From an uncultured Thermoplasmata archaeon (GTDB lineage: Archaea; Thermoplasmatota; Thermoplasmata; UBA10834), in assembly GCA_963719945.1 (NCBI GenBank), contig CAVRDX010000001.1:192001-256000 (forward strand): a DNA stretch of 64,000 bases, in the 5' to 3' direction. Positions 20,116-29,399 of the stretch are shown piece by piece. Both the position numbers and the translations under genes were made by a program. Under the pieces are notes generated by a model, which searched no databases, was not told the origin of the DNA, and saw only the letters and a list, made by a program, of their open reading frames with translations. How positions within the stretch are numbered: the stretch's first letter is position 1; every line of letters starts with the position of its first letter.

Positions 20116-21288
20116 TTGGCCCATACGGTATTCGTGGCGCCTTCCCCAATCAGGAGAGTAGTTCGTGTGGATTCGAGTGGTGATTCAGGTGCAGTGTCCC
20201 CTGTCGTGGGACCATCCAGGCAGGATGCAAGTTCCATTAATGGGTCAAATATCCGAACTCACAGAGCCGTCTGTGTCGCGCTTCCCCACGAAGGGAAACC
20301 AACGAAGATATTCGGCGATAACCCTTCCGAATTCATATCATCCCTGAAGACCGCCAGTTTGGGTTGGGTCAATTTCATGGTGGACGACCTTGGGAGGGAT
20401 GCCGCCGAGATAGCGGTGAAGTTCGGGTTCAGCGATTCGATGGTCCCCACATTGCTAAAAGGGTATCACTCTGCGTTCGAAGACAGGGATACCGAGATGG
20501 GGATCATGGTCCCCGCTGTCAAGGTGTCCAAGCTGGATGTCAGTATATTCCCTCTGCTCATACTCGTCAGGAAAGATCTTATCGTCACCATCCACAGCCG
20601 AGACATAGAGCGACTGATATTGTTCTCCCGCTATGCCGATGTATTCCTGCGGAAGCTGCCTGAGCGCATGGGCCAGCAGGATCGATTGACCATGATGCTC
20701 GTAAGGATACTCGACGAGAATAACTCTCACAATTTCGAACATCTGCGCGAGATTGAGGAGCAGGCGGATGATATGAGTGAGCTGCTCCTCGACCCGGAGT
20801 CACCCAGAATGGAGATAGGGCGCAAGATATACGAGCTCAAGCACGCCCTGATAACCTACCTGAACAGCCTGTGGCGGACGATGGATGTGCTGCATTCGCT
20901 CAGATATGGCGATGCGGAACTCATAACAGACAATCCTAAGGTTCTAGCGAAGGTCGGCCTTCTCGTTGAGGATGTCAATCGACAGATATCCCTCAGTGAG
21001 CACATGTCCGAGGTGCTCGCGTCGGGGCTGGAGGTTCTGCAGGCGCTCTACAACAACCAACTTCAGACCCTGAACAATCGCATGGCATTGACGATGACTT
21101 GGTTGACGATCCTGGGCACGGCCGTTCTGGTCCCCAATACTATTGCCACCGTGGTGGGTTCGATAGCTGGAATGGATTCCAATACTCTCATATGGTATAT
21201 CACGGTCCTATCTCTGTGCACCCTCAACGCAACCTATCTTGCATACTGGTGGGTAAAGCGGTGGGTCCACTTGCCCAAAGGTGCGTAA
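20116..21288 (+). CDS. CorA-family divalent cation transporter
   Basis: Long cytoplasmic helical domain plus two C-terminal TMs; true start possibly GTG 20167. Confidence 0.8.
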   Translation: MAHTVFVAPSPIRRVVRVDSSGDSGAVSPVVGPSRQDASSINGSNIRTHRAVCVALPHEGKPTKIFGDNPSEFISSLKTASLGWVNFMVDDLGRDAAEIAVKFGFSDSMVPTLLKGYHSAFEDRDTEMGIMVPAVKVSKLDVSIFPLLILVRKDLIVTIHSRDIERLILFSRYADVFLRKLPERMGQQDRLTMMLVRILDENNSHNFEHLREIEEQADDMSELLLDPESPRMEIGRKIYELKHALITYLNSLWRTMDVLHSLRYGDAELITDNPKVLAKVGLLVEDVNRQISLSEHMSEVLASGLEVLQALYNNQLQTLNNRMALTMTWLTILGTAVLVPNTIATVVGSIAGMDSNTLIWYITVLSLCTLNATYLAYWWVKRWVHLPKGA

Positions 21289-21324
21289 TTCCTGCCTAAC
21301 CCGTTCGCCGATACACATTTTACC

Positions 21325-21735
21325 ATGGCGAATCATAAGGTGCTGAGGATTGGAACTTTGAAGGAATTCGATGTCTACGTCCAGGATAAGCCTGGTGAGC
21401 TGGCTAAGGTCTGTGAGATCTTCGGCAACAACGGCGTCAACATCAAGGCGATATCCAGCGAACGCAGTGGTCTCAAACCGATCATACGGGTCGTGACCGA
21501 CGATGAGACCACCGCAAGTTCTGCGCTGGAAAGATCTGGCATAAGTTACGACCTCAGGGAGGTCCTATCCCTGAGGATATCCGATCGCCCTGGCGAGCTC
21601 GGAAAGATTGCCAGAAAGCTCGCAAGAGCTATGGTCAACGTAGATTCCATCTACATTCTAGGAAAGGACGACGGCATCACGGAGATGGCGTTCACCGTCG
21701 ACAACCTGCGGAAGGCTGAGCAAGCACTCCGATGA
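21325..21735 (+). CDS. Tandem ACT-domain protein
   Basis: DKPGELAKV...GVNI and DRPGELGKI...VNVDSIY. Confidence 0.88.
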   Translation: MANHKVLRIGTLKEFDVYVQDKPGELAKVCEIFGNNGVNIKAISSERSGLKPIIRVVTDDETTASSALERSGISYDLREVLSLRISDRPGELGKIARKLARAMVNVDSIYILGKDDGITEMAFTVDNLRKAEQALR

Positions 21736-21776
21736 ACCATCTAGTATCTAGATGGGGCGTCTTTCTTCAATGGTTC

Positions 21777-22160
21777 CTAGTCCAGGCTCTTTCCCCTTTT
21801 GACAAGGATCTCTTCTAGGTGGTTCCTCGCATCTCTGACTTTAGCCAACTCATCATGGGTCAGATCGAGTCTCAGAACGTGTGACCATACCTTCGACAAC
21901 GCATGATATGACTCTCTGATCAATTCCAAGTCTTCATCGAAATTCTTTACTGGCTCTACCTTCTCCTCTATGATAAGGCGGTACATGGCATTCCTGCCAA
22001 TCTTATTCCTCTCTACGACATTCTTCTTCTCCAACTTCTGGAGTGCCTGGGTAGCTCCTGATTGAGTGATCCCGAGTTCTCTGGCAAGGAGGGTCGGAGA
22101 ATTGGTGCCTTTTCTGAGGATTTCTACAATGTGTCTCTCTCTATCGGTCAAATCCATCAT
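21777..22160 (-). CDS. Winged-helix transcriptional regulator
   Basis: LTDRERHIVEIL...LARELGITQSGATQALQKLEKKNVVER. Confidence 0.85.
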   Translation of the reverse strand: MMDLTDRERHIVEILRKGTNSPTLLARELGITQSGATQALQKLEKKNVVERNKIGRNAMYRLIIEEKVEPVKNFDEDLELIRESYHALSKVWSHVLRLDLTHDELAKVRDARNHLEEILVKRGKSLD

Positions 22161-22168
22161 TTCACACC

Positions 22169-22320
22169 CATAAGTGATGTATTAGCGGGTACTTATGCGA
22201 ACTTATACATGCTTATGTGTACGTCTGTGGCGAGGTAATGTATCTCCCCCAGAAATATCCTTCGCGAACGTTGCCAGGTTTTGCAACAATTTCGCTTAAA
22301 GGTTGATGCAATGCATAAGT
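22169..22320. promoter_or_regulatory. Repeated CATAAGT/ACTTATG motif upstream of the wHTH gene
   Basis: CATAAGT 22169-22175, ACTTATG 22191-22197, ACTTATA 22201-22207, GCTTATG 22211-22217, CATAAGT 22314-22320. Confidence 0.45.
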
Positions 22321-22460
22321 AATGTCCGCAACACCTTCGCATGATTCGACAAGGTGGATTCGGCCGACTGTTGAAGCTATGATTCTCTATGAAATCGACC
22401 GAAACATCTCTAAGAAACTGTGAAAATGGTTTGTTTCTAGCCTTTGCGAGTGGTATTCGA

Positions 22461-23927
22461 TTAAGATCTCTCTTCGGGGAGCGTTTCCTCCGTCTTTTCG
22501 ACGCTCGCTGATTCTGGATTCTTCGCCTTCTTTATCGAACCCGGGATCAAAATGTTCATGAACTTCTCGAAGTACATCTTCTCACTGGCTACTCCCTCTC
22601 GTTCCGTCTCAAGATTGGCCATAGCACTTATCGATTCCGAACCAAGGCCAAACGACTCCATCCTGAGCTTATCCAGGTCATTTGAAAGCACTCTCTCATG
22701 TTCCTCTAATTTGACCCCTATTCGCTCCATCGCTATGCTCCTGAGCATATTCTCGAGGAAGTTGATCTGCTCCTCCTTGGTCCTCATGGATTGGAGCATC
22801 TTTGCTGCCTCCTCCCTGAAGTCGAGCCTCGCGCTTGCGTGCTCTTCGTCCGTCTTGGACGCCCATAGCAGCGGGTGTTCCGGGGAGTTGAAAGTCACCT
22901 TCTCAGGCATTAGCGAATCGACCGATATCTTCGTCGCAGCATCTCCTGATGAGTGATAGATAGCGTAGAAGCTCATCCTTTCCAGGAAGTTGACCTCAAG
23001 GAACTCCTTCCTGTTCTTCTCGACAATCGTGGGGTTCTGCTTCTGTAGCTCCTCCAGAACCATAACTGGCGTCGCATTCGGCTTAACGGTGTCGGTGAAG
23101 TATCTTGACGCACCCATTATGCACTTGAGTGGTTCATAGGATCGTGTCATCCAGAATGACGGCGGAAAGTTTGTCCATGATTTCCTCTTGCTAGGCTCGT
23201 CCTCCTTCTTTACCTTCAACTTAGAGAACGAGAATGTCGAGAATTGGTACCTTATCTTGCCATCTATGGTCTCTAGCACCCCTGATGGAATACCCTCCTT
23301 CGCGACAATCCTATCTGCCCAGAACCCCAGGTCAGTTCGAAGCTTCGGACGAGTCACTGCCCCCTGCTGGTTGATGTAGTTGAGTATTTTCCTCCTCGTA
23401 GGGGTTATCAACCAACTCATCCAAAGTGTGAATGATTTGGGCGAGTCGATGTAAGGGACAGGCAGGATCGTATGGTCGGCAGCCGTGCCCCATGCTGGCA
23501 ACACCGCATGGCCTGGAGTATGGGTCACTGTCCGATCCAGGTGTGCTGTGAGCGCGACGCTTTCTTCGTCATCTACATTCTCCCTTATCGGGGCAGGGTC
23601 TATCTTGAGATCCGAGTTGAGGAAGTAGTAATTCTGGCGCTTCGAAGTGATTGGTATCAATACTCCGCAGTTCACGCCTTTGGCGAGCAGAGTCCTCATC
23701 TGCACATTGGATTTGTCCTTCAGCGACCGGGTCTGAGCGCTGAGCGATATCCTCCTCATAGAATCGGTGAGCGGACTCCTCTCGATCTCTCTGCGCGTGA
23801 GCGGCTGCTTGTGCAGCAGAGTGTAAACTACCGCTCTCGATACATTGTTCGTGAGGAACTCCCCGATTTCTTCCGTCTTGTCTTTAGAAATTGGCGTTAT
23901 TTGCGGTGGCATCCCATCCTCCCTCAT
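22461..23927 (-). CDS. Hypothetical protein with two putative winged-helix segments and a helical C-terminus
   Basis: 488-aa ORF with TATA-like upstream element; no family recognised. Confidence 0.7.
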   Translation of the reverse strand: MREDGMPPQITPISKDKTEEIGEFLTNNVSRAVVYTLLHKQPLTRREIERSPLTDSMRRISLSAQTRSLKDKSNVQMRTLLAKGVNCGVLIPITSKRQNYYFLNSDLKIDPAPIRENVDDEESVALTAHLDRTVTHTPGHAVLPAWGTAADHTILPVPYIDSPKSFTLWMSWLITPTRRKILNYINQQGAVTRPKLRTDLGFWADRIVAKEGIPSGVLETIDGKIRYQFSTFSFSKLKVKKEDEPSKRKSWTNFPPSFWMTRSYEPLKCIMGASRYFTDTVKPNATPVMVLEELQKQNPTIVEKNRKEFLEVNFLERMSFYAIYHSSGDAATKISVDSLMPEKVTFNSPEHPLLWASKTDEEHASARLDFREEAAKMLQSMRTKEEQINFLENMLRSIAMERIGVKLEEHERVLSNDLDKLRMESFGLGSESISAMANLETEREGVASEKMYFEKFMNILIPGSIKKAKNPESASVEKTEETLPEERS

Positions 23928-24064
23928 CTGCCCTTTTTACTTCAAATCTGTTTATAATTACTTATAACTATGCTCAGAAAAGCTCCGAGACATAGGTGCT
24001 GATGCATGATTGGTGTGCGAATGGCTGTCCGTGGAAGAGTATTTTACGGATTCTCACCTTCTAG

Positions 24065-24544
24065 ATGTGTGAGGGGATATGTTTGGTGGGCATGGCGGAA
24101 GTAGAGAGCGCAGTCGCTCGAGCTAAAGAGTTGATGTCTGCAAACGGACAGGAATGCAGCGCGACCGCGAGTGATGTTGCACGATACTTCGAAGTCTACC
24201 CTTATGAAGCTGACATGACCCTGGACATGATTATCAAGTTCCCACTCCTTGTGGTACATGAACTGGCCGAGATCGAAGAGCTTAAGAAATCCGGCATCAG
24301 ACTCGACAGAGATTCCATTCTCAATAATCCTATCAAGGTTGAGGAAGCTCATTACAAGGCAGCGACCCTGGAGCTGAATATGGCCTATTCTCTGAGGGAC
24401 TGCAATCACGTCAAGATGAGGCTTGGGGTCATTCGCTCATGGCTTCTCGACGATCGGATCGATAATGGTTACAAAGCGCTCTATGCTGAGCTATATGCCC
24501 GAGTGATATCGATATTGGATGAGCTGACAGGTCCGAATCTATGA
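24065..24544 (+). CDS. Hypothetical protein with HExxE...EAH motif
   Basis: VVHELAEIEELKK...EEAHYKA; fills the gap; start may be ATG 24092. Confidence 0.65.
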   Translation: MCEGICLVGMAEVESAVARAKELMSANGQECSATASDVARYFEVYPYEADMTLDMIIKFPLLVVHELAEIEELKKSGIRLDRDSILNNPIKVEEAHYKAATLELNMAYSLRDCNHVKMRLGVIRSWLLDDRIDNGYKALYAELYARVISILDELTGPNL

Positions 24545-24585
24545 TTGGGAATCAGAGTCTCCTGTTCATTGTTCGGGGATATCGG

Positions 24586-25704
24586 CTACTGGTTCTTCAG
24601 CCTGCTAATGATGGCCTCTCCCATGGCAGTGGTCGACATCTTGCCACCCACATCCGCGGTCCTGTGTTTTCCATCGCCCAAGACACTCATGACAGCTGAT
24701 TCCGTCTCATGAGCAGCATCCTTGTACCCCAGAGTATCCAACATCAGGGCCGATGAGAGGATTGCTCCGACTGGGTTGGCGAGGCCTTTTCCCGCGATAT
24801 CTGGAGCTGAACCGTGGACAGGCTCGAACATGCTCACACCGCTCGGGTTGATGTTCCCCGATGGCGCAAACCCTAGTCCTCCCTGCAGAGCTGCTCCCAG
24901 ATCCGTGAGGATGTCTCCGAACAGGTTGGGTGTGACAAGGACCTTGAATCTCTCAGGGTTCCTCACCATGTGAAGTGCAACCGCATCGACATACTGGAAC
25001 TCCTTCTCAATCCCGTAGATGTTCGATGCTTTCTCCACCTCTTCTCTCCAGAGCCCGTAGACCTCTGTGAGGACATTCGCCTTGTCGACGGAGGTCACGA
25101 GGTCGAGACCTTTCTTCTTCGCGAAATCGAACGCGTAGTCGATCACGCGCCTCGCACCTTGCCTGGTGATGATCCCTATCTGATATGCCATCTCGTCTGC
25201 ATCCTTGAGGTCGATTCCTATGTCGAACTTGACCTCATAGGCCTTTCTGATGAGATTGAGCTGCTCTCTCGAAGATCCCGTCTTGACCCGGCTGCCCAGA
25301 CCGACATAGAAATCCTCGGTGTTCTCCCGGATGAAGTACATGTCTATCCTCTTATCTCCAGCCAATGCGGTAGGCACTCCCTGGAACAGCTTCACCGGTC
25401 TGAGGTTGACATACTGGTCGAAATGGAATCTGAGTCTGAGCAGAATGCCTTTCTCAAGCACACCTGGTTTTACTCGAGGGTCACCCATCGCGCCAAGCAG
25501 GATGGACTCCTTCTCCTCCAATCTGGATATGGTTTCGTCTGAGAGCACCTCTCCAGTCTTCAGGTAGTGCGCCGCCCCCAAAGGGAACTCTTCGAAATCG
25601 AGCTGGATGCCATTTCTTTCGCAGACGACATCCAAGACCTTGCGCGCTTCCCTGACTACCTCTGGTCCTATCCCATCTCCTGGAATCACTCCGATCTTGT
25701 GCAA
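24586..25704 (-). CDS. leuB: 3-isopropylmalate dehydrogenase family
   Basis: IPGDGIGPEV, RENTE, DKANV, NLFGDILTD, FEPVHGSAPDIAG. Confidence 0.9.
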   Translation of the reverse strand: MHKIGVIPGDGIGPEVVREARKVLDVVCERNGIQLDFEEFPLGAAHYLKTGEVLSDETISRLEEKESILLGAMGDPRVKPGVLEKGILLRLRFHFDQYVNLRPVKLFQGVPTALAGDKRIDMYFIRENTEDFYVGLGSRVKTGSSREQLNLIRKAYEVKFDIGIDLKDADEMAYQIGIITRQGARRVIDYAFDFAKKKGLDLVTSVDKANVLTEVYGLWREEVEKASNIYGIEKEFQYVDAVALHMVRNPERFKVLVTPNLFGDILTDLGAALQGGLGFAPSGNINPSGVSMFEPVHGSAPDIAGKGLANPVGAILSSALMLDTLGYKDAAHETESAVMSVLGDGKHRTADVGGKMSTTAMGEAIISRLKNQ

Positions 25705-26189
25705 CCCAATCTCTCCTTGGTGTAGGGTACTAGACCCCCTTTCTCCATAAGCATCATCACGAAAGGCGGATAGCTGGCGAATGTGGTCTCCTTTCCGGAG
25801 CTGTGGTTCCTGGCGACACCCTTTGATAAATCCACCTCGACGTCATCTCCCTGGTCGACCTCCAGCTTCGCCTCGATGACTGGTAACCCTATGTTGATCG
25901 CGTTTCTGAAGAATATCCTGGCAAATGATTCTGCGACGACGCAGGACACCCCTGCCCCTATCAATGCTCTGGGGGCATGCTCTCGACTCGAACCGCACCC
26001 GAAGTTCCTTCCGGCCACTATCACATCGCCTTCCTTCACGTTGGCGGAGAATTCCGGCATGACCTTCACGAATGCGTACTTGGCAAGCTCAGCGCTGTTC
26101 ATCGTGACGAGATACTCGGCGGGTATGATCTGATCAGTATCTACATTGTCCCCGAACACCCATGCCTTCCCGGCGAAATGCGATTTCAT
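25686..26189 (-). CDS. leuD: 3-isopropylmalate dehydratase small subunit
   Basis: DNVDTDQIIP, NFGCGSSREHA, SFARIFFRN. Confidence 0.93.
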   Translation of the reverse strand: MKSHFAGKAWVFGDNVDTDQIIPAEYLVTMNSAELAKYAFVKVMPEFSANVKEGDVIVAGRNFGCGSSREHAPRALIGAGVSCVVAESFARIFFRNAINIGLPVIEAKLEVDQGDDVEVDLSKGVARNHSSGKETTFASYPPFVMMLMEKGGLVPYTKERLGCTRSE

Positions 26190-27445
26190 CCAGTCACCTC
26201 AGATGGGTCGACTATTCTCCCAGCAACTGCGCTCGCCGCGACGACTGCGGGACCCGCAAGGTAGACCTCAGATTCTTTGTGCCCCATTCTGCCAACGAAG
26301 TTCCTGTTCGTCGTGCTGACGCATCTTTCCCCTGGAGCGAGCACACCCATGTAGCCTCCGAGACATGCACCGCATGTCGGGCCGGATATGAACGCACCCG
26401 CATCGGAGAATATCTTGAACAGCCCTTCTTCCATCGCCTTGTCGAAGACTTCCTTGCTCGCAGGCACTACGATCATCCTGACTCCTTCGTGTACCTTCTT
26501 CCCTTTCAGTATCGCGGCCGCGACTCTGAGATCCTCTATCCTTCCGTTCGTACATGATCCCAGATACGCCTGGTCAATGGCAACTCCGACCTCGCTCGCA
26601 GGTGCCACATTGCTGGGCAGGAACGGTTTCGCGACCACTGGGACGATGTCTTTCGCATCGTACTTCCTGATATCCGAATACTCGGCATCCTTGTCCGCGA
26701 AGACCTTTTCATAACTGCCTCTGACACGGCCCTTCAGATAGTCATCCACCTTCGCGTCAGGTGGTATCATGCATGCCTTTGCTCCCGCTTCTATGCCCAT
26801 GTTGGATATCGTGACCCTTTCAGAGACGGGCAATGCGAAGATAGTGTCACCGACGACTTCCATCGATTGATAGAGTGCGCCTTCGACCCCGATGTCTCCT
26901 ATGATTGTGAGTATTATGTCCTTTCCAGACACATGCTTTCCAAGCTGTCCGTCTACTTCGAACTTCATCGATTCTGGCACTTTGAACCATAGGGCGCCTC
27001 TCGCGAACACCGTTGCGGCCTCAGTGCTTCCGATCCCTGTGGCGAATGCGCCCATCGCTCCGTATGAGCACGTATGCGAATCGGCTCCGACTATCAGCCT
27101 TCCAGGTGCAACGAACCCCTTCTCGATCATCAGTTGGTGGCAGACGCCGCTGGACCCTATTTCGAAGTAGTTGCGTATCTTGTACTTGGATGCGAAATCC
27201 CTCATCTTCTTCGCCTGGATCGCAGATGCCACGTCCTTGTTCGGAACGTAGTGGTCCGGGATCAGAACCATCTTCTTCTCCAGCGGGGGTGTGCAGAACC
27301 CCTCGAACTCATCGAACGCAGCTGGAGCCGTGATGTCATTCACCATCACATAGTCGACCTCTGCTTCGATGATCTCTCCTGCGCGGACGTCCTTTTGAGC
27401 CTTCGTTGACAATATCTTCTCAGCTATGGTCTTTCCCAATGCCAC
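26186..27445 (-). CDS. leuC: 3-isopropylmalate dehydratase large subunit
   Basis: GVCHQ, GADSHTC, GSCTNGR, CGACLG, TNRNF; start GTG 27445. Confidence 0.93.
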   Translation of the reverse strand: MALGKTIAEKILSTKAQKDVRAGEIIEAEVDYVMVNDITAPAAFDEFEGFCTPPLEKKMVLIPDHYVPNKDVASAIQAKKMRDFASKYKIRNYFEIGSSGVCHQLMIEKGFVAPGRLIVGADSHTCSYGAMGAFATGIGSTEAATVFARGALWFKVPESMKFEVDGQLGKHVSGKDIILTIIGDIGVEGALYQSMEVVGDTIFALPVSERVTISNMGIEAGAKACMIPPDAKVDDYLKGRVRGSYEKVFADKDAEYSDIRKYDAKDIVPVVAKPFLPSNVAPASEVGVAIDQAYLGSCTNGRIEDLRVAAAILKGKKVHEGVRMIVVPASKEVFDKAMEEGLFKIFSDAGAFISGPTCGACLGGYMGVLAPGERCVSTTNRNFVGRMGHKESEVYLAGPAVVAASAVAGRIVDPSEVTG

Positions 27446-27455
27446 GCACCCCTCT

Positions 27456-29096
27456 TCAGTATGCCTTCCTCTTGACTTTTCCGCCGTTTGCGCCAAGCTT
27501 GTGCATCCAGAGCCTGTTCAATGCTTCCACGGTGGCGTCAACGCTCGTCGTCACTATGTCCGAACCGACGCTCTTTCCGAGTGCGAGGAGTTGAGAATCC
27601 TCACAGTCTCCGAGCTTCACAGTGACCTCACAGAGTGCGTTAGACCCGCCAGTTATCGCTTCGAGCCTATATTGCTTCAGCACGATGTTCTTCGATACAG
27701 CTGTCCTTATCGCGCTCAGGCTCGCATCTATCGGGCCAACGCCGGTCTCCGAAGCCCGCCTGACCTCTCCATCTATGTTGAGGACGACCGTGGCCGTGGG
27801 TGTGAAGTTCAGTCCCGTGAAGACTGTGAATTCCTCGAGCCTTATCACAGGCTCCTTCTCCTCACTTATCTCGTCATAGGCGACTGCGAGCAATTCCGCA
27901 TCATCCAGCTTCTTCCCGGACTCTGCGTACTTCTTTATCCTCGCGACCACTTCTTTGAGCTGGTCTCCGGTGAGGTCGAGTCCATATTCCTTCAGTTTGT
28001 TCTGGACCGCGTGGACTCCGGAGTGCTTGCCGACTACGAACACCCTCTCCTTGCCGACGATCTCAGGTCTCATTGGCTCGTATGTTGAGCACTCGCTAAG
28101 CACCCCGTGAACATGTATTCCCGCTTCGTGTGAGAATGCGTTCTCGCCGACGATGGCCTTGTTCGGTTGGACAGGTATCGCAGTGAGCTGTGACACCAGT
28201 CTCGACACGAAAGCCATCTTCCTGGTGTTGATCCGGGTCTTTATCCCGTAGAACGCCTGAAGTCCCATCACGACCTCCTCGAGGGCTGCGTTTCCAGCAC
28301 GCTCTCCAAGGCCGTTTATCGTACAGTGGACCTCCTCCGCACCCCCGAGTATGCCCGCCAGGGAGTTGGCGACTGAGAGTCCGAAATCATCATGGCAGTG
28401 CACTGCGAGAGGTACCTTAGTCGTCTTCTTGATCTCAGCGACGAACTGCATCATCGCTTGCGGAGTCATGACTCCGACGGTATCTGGGATGTCGATCCTG
28501 TCGACGCCTACCGCCTCGATCGCTTTGTGTACGGTGTTGAGGAATTCGAGGTCTGTCCGCGTGCCATCCTCGCAGCTGAATTCGACTATGAACCCGTGGT
28601 CTTTTCCATATTGGACTGCGGTCACAGCCTTTTCAACGGCCTCCTCCCTGGATATCTTGAGCTTCTTCTCCAGGTGCACCTTGGAGGTCGCAAGGAAAAT
28701 ATGGATAGAATCGACATCACACGCCAATGCGGCATCTATGTCCGGCTTGCCCGCGCGACAGAGTCCGCAGATCTCGCTCTTGAGTCCCGCCGCTGCGATC
28801 TTCTTCACAGCCTCGGCTTCGCCCTCTGAGTTGACTGGGAAGCCGGCTTCGATTATGTCCACTCCCAGTTCATCCAAGGCCTGTGCGATCTTGAGCTTGT
28901 CGTCGATTGATAGCGCCACATTGGGCGTCTGCTCGCCATCTCTCAGGGTAGTGTCCAGAATCTTCACAGTCTCGGGCATCCTGGTTGCCTGAAAGATCTG
29001 CTTATTGTATTCACTGACGAAGACCCCTTTGTCTGGGACCTTGAACACGCCGACTTCTTCTTGTTTAGCACTCTCACTCGGAGCTTGTGTGGGCAT
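27456..29096 (-). CDS. leuA: 2-isopropylmalate synthase / citramalate synthase family with C-terminal regulatory domain
   Basis: DTTLRDGEQ, HCHDDFG, GLGERAGNA, HEAGIH, GVGPIDA; start ATG 29096 after GGAGAG. Confidence 0.88.
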   Translation of the reverse strand: MPTQAPSESAKQEEVGVFKVPDKGVFVSEYNKQIFQATRMPETVKILDTTLRDGEQTPNVALSIDDKLKIAQALDELGVDIIEAGFPVNSEGEAEAVKKIAAAGLKSEICGLCRAGKPDIDAALACDVDSIHIFLATSKVHLEKKLKISREEAVEKAVTAVQYGKDHGFIVEFSCEDGTRTDLEFLNTVHKAIEAVGVDRIDIPDTVGVMTPQAMMQFVAEIKKTTKVPLAVHCHDDFGLSVANSLAGILGGAEEVHCTINGLGERAGNAALEEVVMGLQAFYGIKTRINTRKMAFVSRLVSQLTAIPVQPNKAIVGENAFSHEAGIHVHGVLSECSTYEPMRPEIVGKERVFVVGKHSGVHAVQNKLKEYGLDLTGDQLKEVVARIKKYAESGKKLDDAELLAVAYDEISEEKEPVIRLEEFTVFTGLNFTPTATVVLNIDGEVRRASETGVGPIDASLSAIRTAVSKNIVLKQYRLEAITGGSNALCEVTVKLGDCEDSQLLALGKSVGSDIVTTSVDATVEALNRLWMHKLGANGGKVKRKAY

Positions 29097-29109
29097 CAAA
29101 ACACTCTCC

Positions 29110-29143
29110 AAAAAATCCTACACTGCAGCATCTAGGCTAGGAT
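29110..29143 (-). terminator. Hairpin ATCCTA...TAGGAT plus U6 tract in the leu leader (putative attenuator)
   Basis: Minus strand reads ATCCTAgcctagatgctgcagtgTAGGATTTTTT immediately before the leuA RBS. Confidence 0.55.
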
Positions 29144-29191
29144 AAGCAGCCCCAAGGGCAGAATAAGCTGAATCTTATTCTCTTGTGCCAT
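29132..29191 (-). CDS. Putative leu-operon leader peptide MAQENKIQLILPLGLLILA
   Basis: GGAGG RBS 6 nt upstream of ATG; 6 Leu + 3 Ile codons among codons 7-18; stop 36 nt before the leuA ATG. Confidence 0.7.
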   Translation of the reverse strand: MAQENKIQLILPLGLLILA

Positions 29192-29262
29192 TCCTTGCCT
29201 CCATGTCATAGTGGGGTCACACCCTTCTTGGGCATGACAATCATCTGCATGGTCTCGATTGA

Positions 29263-29275
29263 TATAAACTTTTGC
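29263..29275 (-). promoter_or_regulatory. BRE/TATA promoter of the leu operon
   Basis: Minus strand GCAAAAG-TTTATA, ~170 nt upstream of leuA, implying a long leader. Confidence 0.6.
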
Positions 29276-29399
29276 TGGCTCAATGCTGGCCAATCATGTT
29301 CGGTTGCTGGACACATCTGTACAATGCATGGCTGGCCATACGCATCCTACTTTGGAAGGATAGAAATATGATGTGATTTGTACGAGGCTGGTGGTATTC

